From the NCBI GenBank assembly GCA_030141605.1, contig JAQGDQ010002378.1, positions 124,001 through 188,000 on the forward strand: a stretch of DNA of 64,000 bases, written 5' to 3'. This document shows positions 12,196-25,108 of this stretch, in pieces. Position 1 is the first letter of the stretch; each line of letters starts with the position of its first letter. Both the position numbers and the translations under genes were made by a program. The notes beneath the pieces are model-generated. The model did not search any database, was not told the origin of the DNA, and saw only the letters and a program-made list of their open reading frames with translations. The stretch comes from Tubiluchus corallicola (lineage: Eukaryota; Animalia; Priapulida).

Positions 12196-13179
12196 TAATT
12201 ACTATTGTAAATGTTGGTTACACAGCCTCTTATCCAATTCCAACAAGGACAACAAAAATAACATCCAGATGAGTATTCGGGTCAAGTCTTTCGACCAGAA
12301 ATTCCTGGAACAAGATTTGCATGTGACCGTACGCAATGATGCCAGCTCACCATTATAATGCAAATAGCTACAGGCTTCTTATTGTCCACTGGGTAGATGA
12401 CAGTGGAAGTCTGACACAAATTTTGAACTGATAACGGGTTCTGTATGGGCGCCAGTAATAAATCAATTTACAGGGGTAAAAGAAAAGGTAGCAGACAGTG
12501 CAGTAAATCAAGTTTCGCGTGACTCATTGGCGTGGAATGTTAGGGTTTCGACTATTTTGGATGATGCAAGGCGATAATGTGCGAAATTCTCGTAATCAGC
12601 AACATTACATGATTTGAATTGGACAGAACTCGTATTTGAAAGTCTGGGCATCGTTGACGTTGCTCACCGTGATTCGTGGGAGTATCCATTATAATAAGTT
12701 GCACTGTAAAATAAATATATATTAACATTCTAATTTCTAACACATAATTCTGTTGTAAGCGTACTCTTCCCTATGCAAAGGATATATCGTAAGGCAAATA
12801 GCGAGCGAATCTGTAGAACATTATATAGCTTACACCTTTGTTTGGCTTGCTGAGTTGATGAATATATTCATAGTAAAATTTTAGCCATCCTTTTTGCGAC
12901 GTGAAGCTTAGGAATTAGTTTTATGTACACATTTCTAAAAGACGTTTAGCCTACACAAAAGTAATTTACATTTTTATTTGCAATTTGTGTTACAAGTAAT
13001 GCTTTATATAATCGCTAGGCATACATTCTTTGTTACATTTAAACAGTGTTAGTTAGGGAAAAGATCACTTCTCGAACCTATGCCTTTTCTTAATCACTTC
13101 CTCTTATGTAACAGTAAAAAAACACATATTCCCTACTGTGACGAGGAAGGCAAGTAAATCTACAAAATAACGAAGTTAA

Positions 13180-13500
13180 TTTTTATTACAGACACTTAAA
13201 AACATTTATAGAACTTTAAAAGCAATACAACGGTATTAAAACTTTTACTTTAAATTGCTAAAATCATACCAAACGTTTCGACAAGCTGCTGCTGTCATCA
13301 CCAGTGGTAATTTTACAAACATGCAACCAGTTCATATAGGCAGAGTCTATTATGCACTAATTAAGTAGTTAACAAAAGCCAAATAGGTAATGATTAAGCA
13401 GACCTGAAGAAAAGAAATTGATACAGTAACAGATAGTTAAGTGTTTGAAAGTAAAGTTGAAGGAATTGAACTACTTTGTACATTAAGAGAAGACTTATTG
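13180..13500 (-). mobile_element. Penelope-like element 3' / pseudo-LTR relic
   Basis: The minus strand reads NKSSLNVQSSSIPSTLL* (like the KPSLN-Q end of PLE ORFs), then a minimal hammerhead motif, then an AT-rich tail with AATAAA. Confidence 0.55.
13267..13309 (-). ncRNA. Minimal type I hammerhead ribozyme motif (Penelope type) with a core A6G variant
   Basis: Minus strand: TACCA-CTGGTGA-T-GACA-GCAGCAGCT-TGTC-GAAA-CGTT-TGGTA. This gives a 5-bp stem I, a 4-bp stem II and a palindromic ACGT stem III. CUGAUGA is changed to CUGGUGA. Confidence 0.7.
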
Positions 13501-13723
13501 GGGTATTTATTTATAGCTCTGGTCACTCTTTTCTGCAGAGTAACCAAAATGTCTAAGAATGTATTGTACCTGTGCTGTGTACATGCAATATTTTAGCAGC
13601 ACGCACCACGTAAATCATTTTTCTCAATATCACCACGAGAGTTACTGAACTGCTACTTAACAAAAAAACATGAAGGCAGACATAATTAACTAACCAGTTA
13701 TATTTTAATTACATACATTTAAC

Positions 13724-14203
13724 CAGGGCCTATTTCAGGGGGGGGGAGTGGGTTACTTCCCTGGGGCCTCTCCTTCCAGGGGGGCCTCGCGCCGAAGTAA
13801 CATTTTTTTTGCTTTTTGCGAACATACTGTCTCCTCTCTCCCTCTCTCTTGCCGCACGCGCGCCGTTTGCCTTGAGCGGCTCGGTGCGATGTTCAGCTGT
13901 TTTCAATTTCGGAATTTCTAACACCGGCTTGTACGGAAGTGAGAGAGTACGGTATCACATATTGCAAAGATGTTGTTTTTTATTTGACTATTTGACAAGT
14001 ATTAAGGACTGGTCTTGAGAATAAAGCAGTTTTTCTTTCAATTGTTCTTTCCTTTAACAACTGTATAACTTCATATTTTCTCTTCGAAAATACTTCTCCG
14101 GCGTTCTAGCAGTTCAAAAATTTTCTGGGCGCCAACCATGGTGGCGCCCGTCCAACGCCCCCCCCCCCCCCAGGGGGCCTCGCTTAGGCTGAAATAGGCC
14201 CTG
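13724..14203. mobile_element. hAT-superfamily MITE (480 bp), young
   Basis: Perfect 15-bp TIR CAGGGCCTATTTCAG / CTGAAATAGGCCCTG and perfect 8-bp TSD CATTTAAC (13716-13723 and 14204-14211). Subterminal GGGGCCTC motifs. Confidence 0.95.
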
Positions 14204-14927
14204 CATTTAACAACAGTTAACACGAAGACAATCAGTGAACTTTAAATAAACCCGAGAAAGCCCTGTGACGGTAATTAAAGTTCTCACTTGTGAATTTAAC
14301 CAGCATTTAATGACAAAACCAACAACGAGTGGAAAAACAAATGACCCTCGTTCCACGAGCTGTCCATCTCTGTTCACAATGCTATCATATTAAATCTATT
14401 GTTTATTTTCACGCATCCGTAAATTTGCTCAGCTCTTACAGTGTAACCAGATCACCCTCTGTACATATACACCTTAACTGATCATTCTGTTTTAAAATAT
14501 GTTATGTCTGCTATACTGCGAAGCTAGAAAACCAACAGTTGGGCCTGTGAAACCTTTTTTACCTTTGATTTTGGAAAATGGAACTAACGGCGTAGTTCAA
14601 GATCACTTTCTATCTAAAGTAAAAACGTAACAACATCCGGATAAATATATGGAGAGGCGGCACATTGATAAGAAACATAAAATATATTTTTATATATGTC
14701 GTACACAGGAGTTAGACTTAAAGTCAATGCACCAAGTACGATGTCAGTTAAGTAAACTCTTGCGAAGATCGCTTCAATATTGTTGTGCAGTTTGGAAACT
14801 AATGCTGTCCTATTTAAATAAAAAATATTACTTAATTAGAATGCCAAGTACCAATGATAAGCTTATGTTTCGTTGCTTTTTGCAGATAAAATATCTGTGG
14901 GCAAAATTACGTGTAGAAAACACCGTC

Positions 14928-14981
14928 TTTGCAAAACGCTTGTAACAGTTTATTTTTGCAAAACGCTTGTAACAGTTTATT
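14928..14981. repeat. 2-copy tandem duplication of a 27-bp unit
   Basis: TTTGCAAAACGCTTGTAACAGTTTATT twice. Confidence 0.9.
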
Positions 14982-15206
14982 TTCCTAGTGCTTATAGAGT
15001 GTTTACTGTTTTATTTAGTTCAGAAGTTTTGCTGTTTTTGAGATGAAGTTGACACAAAACAACTTAAAACAGTTTTTGATTTATAACGCACCAAAAAGCT
15101 ATTTCTTTAGCTTGAAAAACATATAAGTAAGAGAAAGCAATATTAATGGTTCAATATAATTAGATAACGACGTGAATTAGTTTATGTAGTTTATGTACGT
15201 TGTACC

Positions 15207-15584
15207 ACGACGTATCGTAAATTACGAAGCTATGCATTGTTTTATTTTATTTTTTGGCCTGTAATTTAAATAGTCAGAACAATTAAGACCTTTCGAAATA
15301 AGTGGTTATTAAATCTATAGTGTATCTAGTTAATTGTGTATTTATTACAAACTTTCTACAGCAGGACGAACATTTTTTATTTTGTGAAACTATTCATTGG
15401 GTAGGAGCGAAATATTTGGTTATTTTTTCATATTTTACGGTTTTTTCTCAACGGATTCACCTCGATTTTACTGATATATGTCAAATTATTCTCTAGCTAT
15501 TCAGCGAGTTTAGCAGCCATTTTCGACGATGCAGAAAATTTCTAATTTTGTATTTTATTGACGCTTCGTAATTTGATACCAGCG
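15207..15584. mobile_element. Old TIR element (MITE), superfamily unassigned
   Basis: Inverted ends GTATCGTAAATTACGAAGC and GCTTCGTAATTTGATAC. No clean TSD. Confidence 0.5.
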
Positions 15585-16039
15585 AATAATAATGGCACGA
15601 TCGCATACCACCACCGAGCCAGGTCAGTTTAGGTAAAGTTTATCCTGAAATTACTCTTCTCTAATAACAATTCACCACATGATTGTGTTTCATGCAGTTT
15701 AATGTGAAACCCTTCAGTTATATGTGAAATTAATAATATTATGGAACTGATGTAAACTATTATTTAAACAGTTTTGGCTCGCATGCAGATTGTATAAAAT
15801 AGATGAAACCTTTCAAATAATATGAGGCCTGATTACTTGATATTATTGTTTATGATTTATGAAGGTTTTTTGCTTCGTCATAAATATCAGTGGCAGTAAA
15901 TATGACCAACTACATAAAGTACTAAACTGTAAAGTATGCAGGTCTGCAGGATAAATTTTAAAAAATGTGTTTGTCATATGTAACGAACACTGTGTGGAAC
16001 GTGTGCACATTATTGATACTGCTTACTATTCCGTGATGA

Positions 16040-16095
16040 AGAGAGAAAATAAAAGGGAGAGAATGGGGAGAGAGAGAAGGAGACAGAGAGAGAGA

Positions 16096-16171
<76 letters not shown>

Positions 16172-16239
16172 AAAGAGAGAGAGAGACAGAGAGAAAGAGA
16201 GAGAGACAGGAGGGAGTAAGAGAAAGAGAGAAAGAGAGT

Positions 16240-16290
<51 letters not shown>

Positions 16291-16366
16291 GGGAGAGAGA
16301 GGGGAGAGAGAGTGATGAAGAGAGAGAGAGAGAAAGAGAGAGGGGAGAAAGAGAGAGAAAGAAAGA

Positions 16367-16406
<40 letters not shown>
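16040..16406. repeat. (GA)n microsatellite
   Basis: Directly visible. Source of the RE-rich ORF. Confidence 0.97.
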
Positions 16407-16409
<3 letters not shown>

Positions 16410-18409
16410 GGCTTCCTTATATAAATAAGTTCTTGTTGCTACGCCTTGGATGCCTCAGTCCTGTTGTGAAGCTTTGGAACTAATCTTAATATATTAAACG
16501 AATATATTATTTTATTTTTAGGAGCATAGTATGAGGTAGCTTGTCCTGGCACGAAAATTAACCTTATCAGAATTGCGCGCTCGATTAAGTTTTTTGTAAT
16601 ACTATATATTGACAACATTATCAGCTAAAAGGTACAAAGGCTTCACTCTAATAACGTAAATTCCTCTGAAAATTTAATAAACTTTGCTGCTATTTTCTTT
16701 CACAACGAACCTGCTAGACTGGCGTTATTTCAAAACAAATACACTATGCAGGTGCGTGAATGTATGAATAATCTCACGACAAAAGATTACACGAACTTTT
16801 TGATTTTCCTGGGGAAAAATTGTTTAGCAAACAAAAGCCTCGGCGCAGTTATAGAACGGAGGCGGTTCACTAACGCAATGCGCTACTCGTAATTTGCTAA
16901 TACCAACATATAGGTAAAGTGCATTTATAATGTACACGCAATGTGGCATGCCTGTACCTGACTACATTATAGATCGTACATTAAATGTATCATCGTCTGA
17001 TGTTTACCAACGTATTAGGTTCCCATCCATGTACAAATAACCCATTTTTCGAAAAATGATACAAAATATGCGCGGAATCACGCCTTCCTCACGCATATTT
17101 TGACCAAAATCCATCTGATTTTTGGACAATGTCCAATTTTAGCCTCTGAACAACTGGACTCCCAGTAGAAATAAATTAGTCACGTTTATTTTTCTTAAAA
17201 ATTTTGAATTTTAAATTTCTTTTGTCTATCTCTGATTTCTTTTTCCTTCTCTCGCTCATTCACTCTTTCCTTTCTCTGTTCTCGATTAAAAGCAGGAGTC
17301 ATTGTACATTACAATGTATATATATATGTGGTACGGCTTAAGGCAGATAAAAAAAACCAAGCAGTACACCACGTGGTCTACACGGTACACTGGTCTAGTA
17401 TGGATTATTTAAGTATGAAGCATGTACTAGGCCAAGACTATACTATACTGAGAAAGTACATTATTTACATACATGTACCACGATGAGTCAGATTGGCGTC
17501 ATAACCTCAAAGTTTTTCAAAGTGAAGCAGCACTCGTTCTGGTTAGTACCTGCTAAGCATTTGAACATCTGACAATTCTGCCGTTTTAGAAATCTTTCCT
17601 TATTTGGATAAAGCTACCCAAGCTTCTTCAGGGATTAAGTAGTAGCCCCAAGACTATAGAGAATAAATTTACTTAGTGATCAATGCTAGGTCAGCATTCC
17701 TCTGTGAACAGTAACAGTTCCGGTTTACTACAGAATGTAATTTTTACCAAATCGTGTTTGCTGCCTTTATTCTGAATGCTGGTCGGCTTGCACGGGCAAA
17801 CGAAAATAAAAAATCCAACATTTTTCTTCACTATTTGTTTCAGCCAAGTATTGTAGATGTAAAATAACGTTTAGTATTTCTGGACACGTAGGGCACGCCA
17901 GAATTGTTCAAAAAGATTTGAAAACTCAGAAGCACATCCAGGAAGTGCTTGATTGCTTTAAGATTGCAATTACTAAAAGGGAAATATGATTAAAGGCGCC
18001 ATGTCTTATGAGGATGGTAACCCATCTTGACAAATAACCTTCTGATATGTAAAAACCATTATACGCCAATAGACTCTGTGCCTTGTTCACGAATTCATGT
18101 GAGAATTGTCACTTATTCTTGCGCGCTTCTGTGGAAGTAAGCCTCTTGTTCGATCTTATCTGTCGCTTGAATAGTTTAATCACAGCAAATTGGGTATGAC
18201 ACGCATCCTATCAACTGGGGATTGTATAATCTCGAGTAATAAAAGATTTAGAATGGTATGGGGAATAGGGACTGACATACGCGACCGTATAATCATCTAT
18301 CGCTATACTGATTTAGTGATGCGTTGATGCCTTTTCCACATTGTTTACCAAACTATAGACAACCGTTAGGTGCAGGAACCACAGAAAAGCAGGGCAGTAG
18401 TAATTGCCT

Positions 18410-19635
18410 AGGTAGGTAGGAAGTTATAGTGGAGCCAGTTTCGTAAGACTTACTCCAAAAGAATTTTAGATCTGTGCTGCCCTAGTGTTAAGTAAGCATG
18501 TGCCTCACTATTGGGTAAGTACGTAGGCACTAGGCAGGTAGGTAAGTGGGTACTAAGTAGTATGTAAGAAGGTAAGCAGGTAGGTAAATACGTAGGTAAG
18601 CAGCTGGTCAGGTATATAGGGGAATAGTAACAAACAGGGAATAGGCAGGCAGGCAGGCATACGAACAATAGGTTGTTAGTTAGGTAGGCAGGTAGGTAGG
18701 TAGGTGGGTAGGAAGGTAGGTTGGTTGGTAGATAGGTAGGTAGGCAGGCAGGTAAGTAGGTAAGAAGGCAGGGCGTAGGTAGGTAAGTAGGATGTACATA
18801 TAGGTAGGCAAAGCAGGTATCTAGGTAGGCAGCTAAGTAGGCAGGTAGGTAAGTGGGTACTAAGTAGTATGTAAGAAGGTAAGCAGGTAGGTAAATACGT
18901 AGGTAAGTAGCTGGTCAGGTATATAGGGGAATAGTACAAACAGGGAATAGGCAGGCAGGCAGGCAGGCATACGAACAATAGGTTGTTAGTTAGGTAGGTA
19001 GGTAGGTGGGTAGGAAGGTAGGTTGGTTGGTAGATAGGTAGGTAGGCAGGCAGGTAAGTAGGTAAGAAGGCAGGGCGTAGGTAGGTAAGTAGGATGTACA
19101 TATAGGTAGGCAAAGCAGGTATCTAGGTAGGCAGCTAAGTAGGCAGGTAGGTAAGTGGGTACTAAGTAGTATGTAAGAAGGTAAGCAGGTAGGTAAATAC
19201 GTAGGTAAGTAGCTGGTCAGGTATATAGGGGAATAGTACAAACAGGGAATAGGCAGGCAGGCAGGCAGGCATACGAACAATAGGTTGTTAGTTAGGTAGG
19301 TAGGTAGGTGGGTAGGAAGGTAGGTTGGTTGGTAGATAGGTAGGTAGGCAGGCAGGTAAGTAGGTAAGAAGGCAGGGCGTAGGTAGGTAAGTAGGATGTA
19401 CATATAGGTAGGCAAAGCAGGTATCTAGGTAGGCAGCTAAGTAGGCAGGTAGGTAGGCATTTAGGTATAGGTAGGTAGGTCAGTCGGTCGGTAGGTAAGT
19501 CGGTAGGAAGGTAGGTAGGTGGGTAAGAAGGCAGAGGGTTGGTAGGTAAGTAGGATGTGCCTATAGGTAGGTAGGCAGGTTGGCAGACTGTGGGTAGGCA
19601 GGAAGTTAGGTGGGTGGCTATGTAGGTAGCTAGAC
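18410..19635. repeat. (TAGG/CAGG)-derived minisatellite with a ~302-bp higher-order unit (about 3 copies)
   Basis: The marker TAAGTGGGTACTAAGTAGTATGTAAGAAGG recurs at about 18543, 18850 and 19152. The ORF translations 18990-19415 and 18676-19113 are near-identical. Confidence 0.93.
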
Positions 19636-20689
19636 AGCTTCGTATATCTTTCATGATATTACGATTAATGCTTCTGGACGCAGATGAAGTTAAACCTCTT
19701 CGTCTTCATTGTCTTCCTTCAACGCGATTGCCATCTTCTGCCTGCTAATGCCACTCGGCGGTCCATTTGTGTTGTAACATTTTAGCTGCTACTTATAAAA
19801 GCACAATGTCCCTCAAGGGCAAGCACATTACTGTTATTACCACTAAGGGTAAAATATCATTATTCCAATTACTGCTTATTTCACAGAGTTTAAGTTGCAA
19901 ATGTGAAATGATACACGGCAAATTGAAGTGCTGTAAGCAGTTCCTAACAGCCAACCATAACGGCTATTGGTTCAAATGACATGTTGACTGCTGTGTATTT
20001 CTTGGTCCGTTACAGTATACGCTCAGCTCTGTAATATTTTCGGTTGGGGGGGGGGGGTATAACTTTGAAGATAAAGCTGCTGCAAGAGAAGTCAACGCTG
20101 ACACAGTACACAGTACCGTTTTTATTATTTATTATTTATTTATTAGGCACAAGAAATAACTACACGAGTAAAAAGTAAACAGTAAAATTTTATAGCTATA
20201 ATCAATAAGAAGATTACCAATAAAAAGTTAAATGAAGTTTCAATTCAAGTAAAAGAGTTATAAGGGAAAGAAATGAAAGTTTGAAAACACGACAACTTTC
20301 ACTTTAATCACAATTTCAACTTCACATCATAGTTACATAAATAGTTATTATTACTGTTTTACCTATGTTGTTAATTAATGTATCACTGAGTCACTGAGTC
20401 ACGTAATGCGATTTTTATATCGTTACGCGTTTCGTATCAACCCAAGAATATGTTGCGGTGATCGACGCTGTGAATCCAACTATTCAAACTGGCAGGTAAC
20501 ATTACTTATTTGTCAAATCCGTTACGATTGAACTTTCTAACTCTTAGATCATTAGAGGAAAGACGGTTAGATAAAGATTTATACTGTGTTATCAAATCAT
20601 ACATAAAGACGTAGATATAGACAGAGATAAATTTTTCTCATTTGCTACATCTAGTCGGACAAGAAGTACCAACTCACTTAAAATGTATG

Positions 20690-21035
20690 TCAAGCGATCT
20701 GCTAAAAATATTTGGTCATTTTTTTCGATTTGGAGTAGTTTACCAGAAATTGTAAATGATGCACCATTAGCAAAAGCTCGCAATGCAAACTTTTTTTATA
20801 CGGCGACTAAATTATGTCGATCTAAATGCTTTCTTAGTATTTAACAGGCACATGTAAGAAGCATTTGCTTTTCGTGTCTCCCCCACACCGCCCCTCATTA
20901 TCATGCTGCTTTTTGTGTATGTACGTAATTTAATGTGTATAGCATGTTTTTATATGATGTATATGTTTGTATGTATATGTATGTATCTTAATGTATATTG
21001 TTTACTTCTCATTTGGTGTGTAATAAACTTAAACT
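20690..21035 (+). mobile_element. CR1-type LINE 3' fragment (degenerate)
   Basis: IWSSLPEIV...RRLNYVD-like end of ORF2, followed by GCACATGTAAGAAGCA and an AT-rich tail. Parallels the adjacent fragment. Confidence 0.5.
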
Positions 21036-21059
21036 TAATTGTAGCAACTATCCTAACAG

Positions 21060-21405
21060 TAAACAAGCTTTTCGTGCGTCGAAGAGCTAAAGTATCATTT
21101 GGTCAATTTTTCTCAAATCGTGTTGTACCGATTTGGAACTCACTGCCTGCATATGTTGATGGTGTACCCCACGTAACTGCATAAAATATTAAGTTATTTA
21201 AAAACCGCCTATATAAAGTTAACTTGCATAAATTCCTTGTACACAACGGACACATGTAAGCAGTTAATATCTTTGTGTCTTTACCACACTCTTGTAAATA
21301 TTTTATTTGTATGTTCTTTGCCAACGTGTTTTATATTATATTGTTTTTATTGTAGACTCTATTTTACTATTGGGTGTGATTAAAATAGAATAAATAAATA
21401 AATAA
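21060..21405 (+). mobile_element. CR1-type LINE 3' fragment
   Basis: FFSNRVVPIWNSLPAYV...FKNRL, the canonical CR1 ORF2 end, then ACACATGTAAGCAG and an (AATA)n tail at 21389-21405. Confidence 0.8.
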
Positions 21406-22001
21406 GCAGTTTTTCTCTTGATGTTTTCTTCTTTTCTTGCTCCCATGTAGCTTTTCGCTTATGACGTACATTTTGTTCCAGATTGTAAATCCATCTACGC
21501 TGTTATCTATAATCAGTTATAATGCAATCTTGCATTTGTAGATACAACAGATGAGCTATAGGAGCTAATTAAGCACATCATAGAAGCAATGTAGCTAGCT
21601 AATAATTTGCGATCGCGCTAATTAGTTTGATTTATGGTCCAACACAAACACTAGCAGGTGCGCTATGGGAATATTGAGAACATGAGAGAACTGTGACACC
21701 TGAGCACGTTTGGTATAAAATGGAGTTACACATAAGCAATGGCGGGTTTTTATTTACTCACAAATTCCAGAAAATCACAGCAACGGCAACAACAACAGCA
21801 GTAATTGCAAAAAATAACAGGAACAACAACAGCGACAGCGACAATGGTAACGACAATGACAACAACAAGAACGACGACGACAACGACAACGATAGCGACA
21901 GAAACAACAGCAGCAACGATATAACAACAAAAACAATAACAACAACAACGATAAAATAAGACAACAATAGCAGCAACAACAGCGAAAACGGTAGCAGCAG
22001 A

Positions 22002-22032
<31 letters not shown>

Positions 22033-22199
22033 GCAGCCCCTGCTATAAAACTAGCGTTTTTTATGATTTGACAATAGTGCAAGTGTCAAAAGGTGGAATA
22101 TATTTAATTTAGATGGTTGTGGCAAGATCAGAGCCTGATTCATCATCAAGGCTACGCATCTAAGTTGACACACTAAAAAAATTTGCAGAGATATTTTAG
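22033..22199 (+). repeat. Left arm of an inverted duplication (extends leftwards into the AAC tract from about 21920)
   Basis: Reverse complement of 23229-23392 with scattered substitutions. Shared blocks include TTTGACAATAGTGCAAGTGTCAA, TATTTAATTTAGATGGTTGTGGCAA, TACGCATCTAAGTTGA and GCAGAGATATTTTAG. Confidence 0.9.
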
Positions 22200-22251
22200 C
22201 CACAAGAGGAAAACAACCAATATCGCAAAACTATCCCGAGCAAGTATTGAA

Positions 22252-22350
22252 CCAGGTGATCACCCATCCTTAACTGACCAGCTTCGACTGACCATTCTTA
22301 ATTTTGGTCACTAACAGCTCATTCCGTCCGTGACCACTCGGCTATACATC
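22252..22350 (-). mobile_element. Degenerate SINE head: tRNA-type A box joined to a 5S rRNA internal-promoter segment
   Basis: Minus strand TAGCCGAGTGGTCA...ACCAAAATTAAGAA...CTGGTCAGT..GGATGGGTGATCACCTGG, compared with 5S ACCGAAGTTAAGCA...CTGGTTAGTACTTGGATGGGTGACCGCCTGG. Confidence 0.55.
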
Positions 22351-23228
22351 ACACTTGAAAGTGCTAATTTTGTGTCAGCTTTAATGACAAGTTGGGCGGG
22401 TTCTAGGTCATTTGACGCCCTAGCCAAAAGTATTTTTAATCCCCCACACATACGTCATACAACCACTACAAAATTGTGTTTTTGTTGTATATATTAAAGT
22501 ATTAATGGTACTTGTGTGTTGGGCCTATACATTATTGTGTACTGATTAACTGAAGTTAACTACCACTCTACAACTACATTTGAAATTGACATCATTGTAC
22601 GTCCTGGGTCTTCACGAGCAATCAATATTTCTACAATTTCAGCCGCGCAGCCTTCATGTTCATATTCATGGCTAGATTTTCCTTCAGCCTTATCATCAGA
22701 GAACAGTGACTGAGTCTTCTGACTCCTCTTTTTCACATACGTCCATTCCATTAGCATCATCATCTTCACAACCATATAACTCTGGTCTGGTTGTAAATAC
22801 TCTCTTTTAAGATTTTGTTGCTGTTCACTGTCCACCAGCTTCTTTTACTTTTTGTTTCGTGTATTATGCTACTGAAAGCTTCGACTCTTACAAGTCTATC
22901 TGCCACGATTAGATAAATGCTAATGCAAGGAACTTTTCTGTTAAGGAAAGGAGTCGTTACTTTGGCTGCTGCCCTATGCCTACAATATAAACTGTGGACA
23001 AGAACTTGGTAACGTGTCAATCACTATGTTATTGCTTATACTAAACTTAAAAATAAGGAATCACTTCCAGAATTTTGAGCCCCTCCCCTCTAAGAAAATG
23101 GTGCCCTAGGCAACCCGTCTAGTTTGCCTGGTGGTAAAGCCGGTCCTAACGACAAGAATAATTATTGAAATGTTTAAAACAGTAAAGTAAAAAGATTGAA
23201 GAAAATTCGCATTCACATTTGAACATGT

Positions 23229-23392
23229 CTAAAATATCTCTGCCAATTTAGTGCCTCAACTTAGATGCGTAACCTTGGTGATAAATCAGGCTCTCTTTTT
23301 GCCACAACCATCTAAATTAAATAGATTCTGCCCGTTGACACTTGCACTATTGTCAAATTATAAAAAAACGCTAGTTTCATAGCAAGGGCTGC
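23229..23392 (-). repeat. Right arm of the inverted duplication (extends into the GTT tract to about 23470)
   Basis: Reverse complement of 22033-22199. Confidence 0.9.
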
Positions 23393-24824
23393 GGCTGTTG
23401 TCGTTATTGTTGTTTTATCGTTGTTGTTGTTATTTTTGTTGTTACTACCGTTGCTATTGTTGTTGTTGCAGTTTGCAGTTTCCTGCTAAAAATATAGTCA
23501 ACCATTGGGACAATGAGCAACTGAGCTGTATATACTTCTAGGCACGTGTAAGTGAAATAAACTGGGAACCATTAAAGTTTTTGCTCCTCTGTGTGTGGGT
23601 GTGCTGTAGACAATCATAGAAATAAAATTATCATTTTTGTGAAGCTCAGACACTTCTGATGCAGATCTCATTTGAATTCAGAGACGCGACCGTATTTTGC
23701 AAAATTTAAAAAACTAACTGAAGAGTCGATACGTCGCTTAACCAAACGTCGATAAAGCAGTCAGTTGTCAATACTCGTCGGTTGTAGTCACACTGCAAGT
23801 TCCGAAACATCCTAAAGTTATCATCATTGTCGTCGTCGTCGTCATCATCATCACTCTCATAATCAATATGCACTGCCATGTGGCACCGCAACTAACACAA
23901 ACATCAACGCCAACAACACCATCATTGCCACTAACGCCCCATGACCTTATTCAGCCACCATTTTTAATTATGCTGTTTAAATTTTTAACACCAACGGCAG
24001 CTAGAATATCAGCTGCATTCAGTACGATTTACTACACGATGTTCACAATATTATAACGCTTTGTTTCACTCTCCTTTCATCAACCCTACACCTGAAGTTT
24101 AATACTTTCATCTGAACGCACTGATTATTTTAAATTACCACACTTGTGTAAAAGATCACGTTTCTGTGACAGACCTGATTGTATGGTAAAGCGAGCGAGT
24201 CATCGTTTAATCATGACACCTGAGGCATGGCAGTGATTAAAAGAATTGTCAGTAGTAGAACTAAAAATCATAATAAAGGTCATTCTCACAGAAGCACAAT
24301 GGGAAAATAATTATACTGCAAGTCTGTAATTTGAGTGAAAGTCAGATTCAAATGTAAAGATGAATGATCATTGTTATCTACGTATAGTGTTAAATGTTGA
24401 CTTCAAGGTTGTTGATGTTGTTGTTGCTGCTGTTGTTGTTATTGCTGCTCTTGTTGTTATTGTTGTCGTTATCGTTTGCACATGCAGCAGCAGTCAACTT
24501 ACCTAAATAATTACTATGGATTTTTTCCTTTTGCCGTTTCTTATCGGTATTTTAGTACTTCAATTTAAACCAAAGGAACTTTTGGTCAAGCAATTCAGCT
24601 AAATGTTCTGGATGAGTGCGTTGGTTTTACCATTATGTTCACACAGTCTTCATTTATAGCCCTATGATTGCTGTTTACTTGGCATAATCTCGCATATAAT
24701 AGTTGTTGCAGATTGGAGATTAATGATCCAACCAAGCTAAGTGACGTTGTAATTGCTGGTATACTACTCGTTATGCTATAAATTATTCACTAAATTGCAC
24801 AGCAAATATTCAGTAAACACTTAC

Positions 24825-25108
<284 letters not shown>

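Noticed and set aside
13520-13565. FLDILV as a Penelope RT motif on the minus strand
   Set aside because: It lies too close to the ORF end for the RT position and reads equally well as a CR1/L2 LQKR..R.I motif, so it is ambiguous.
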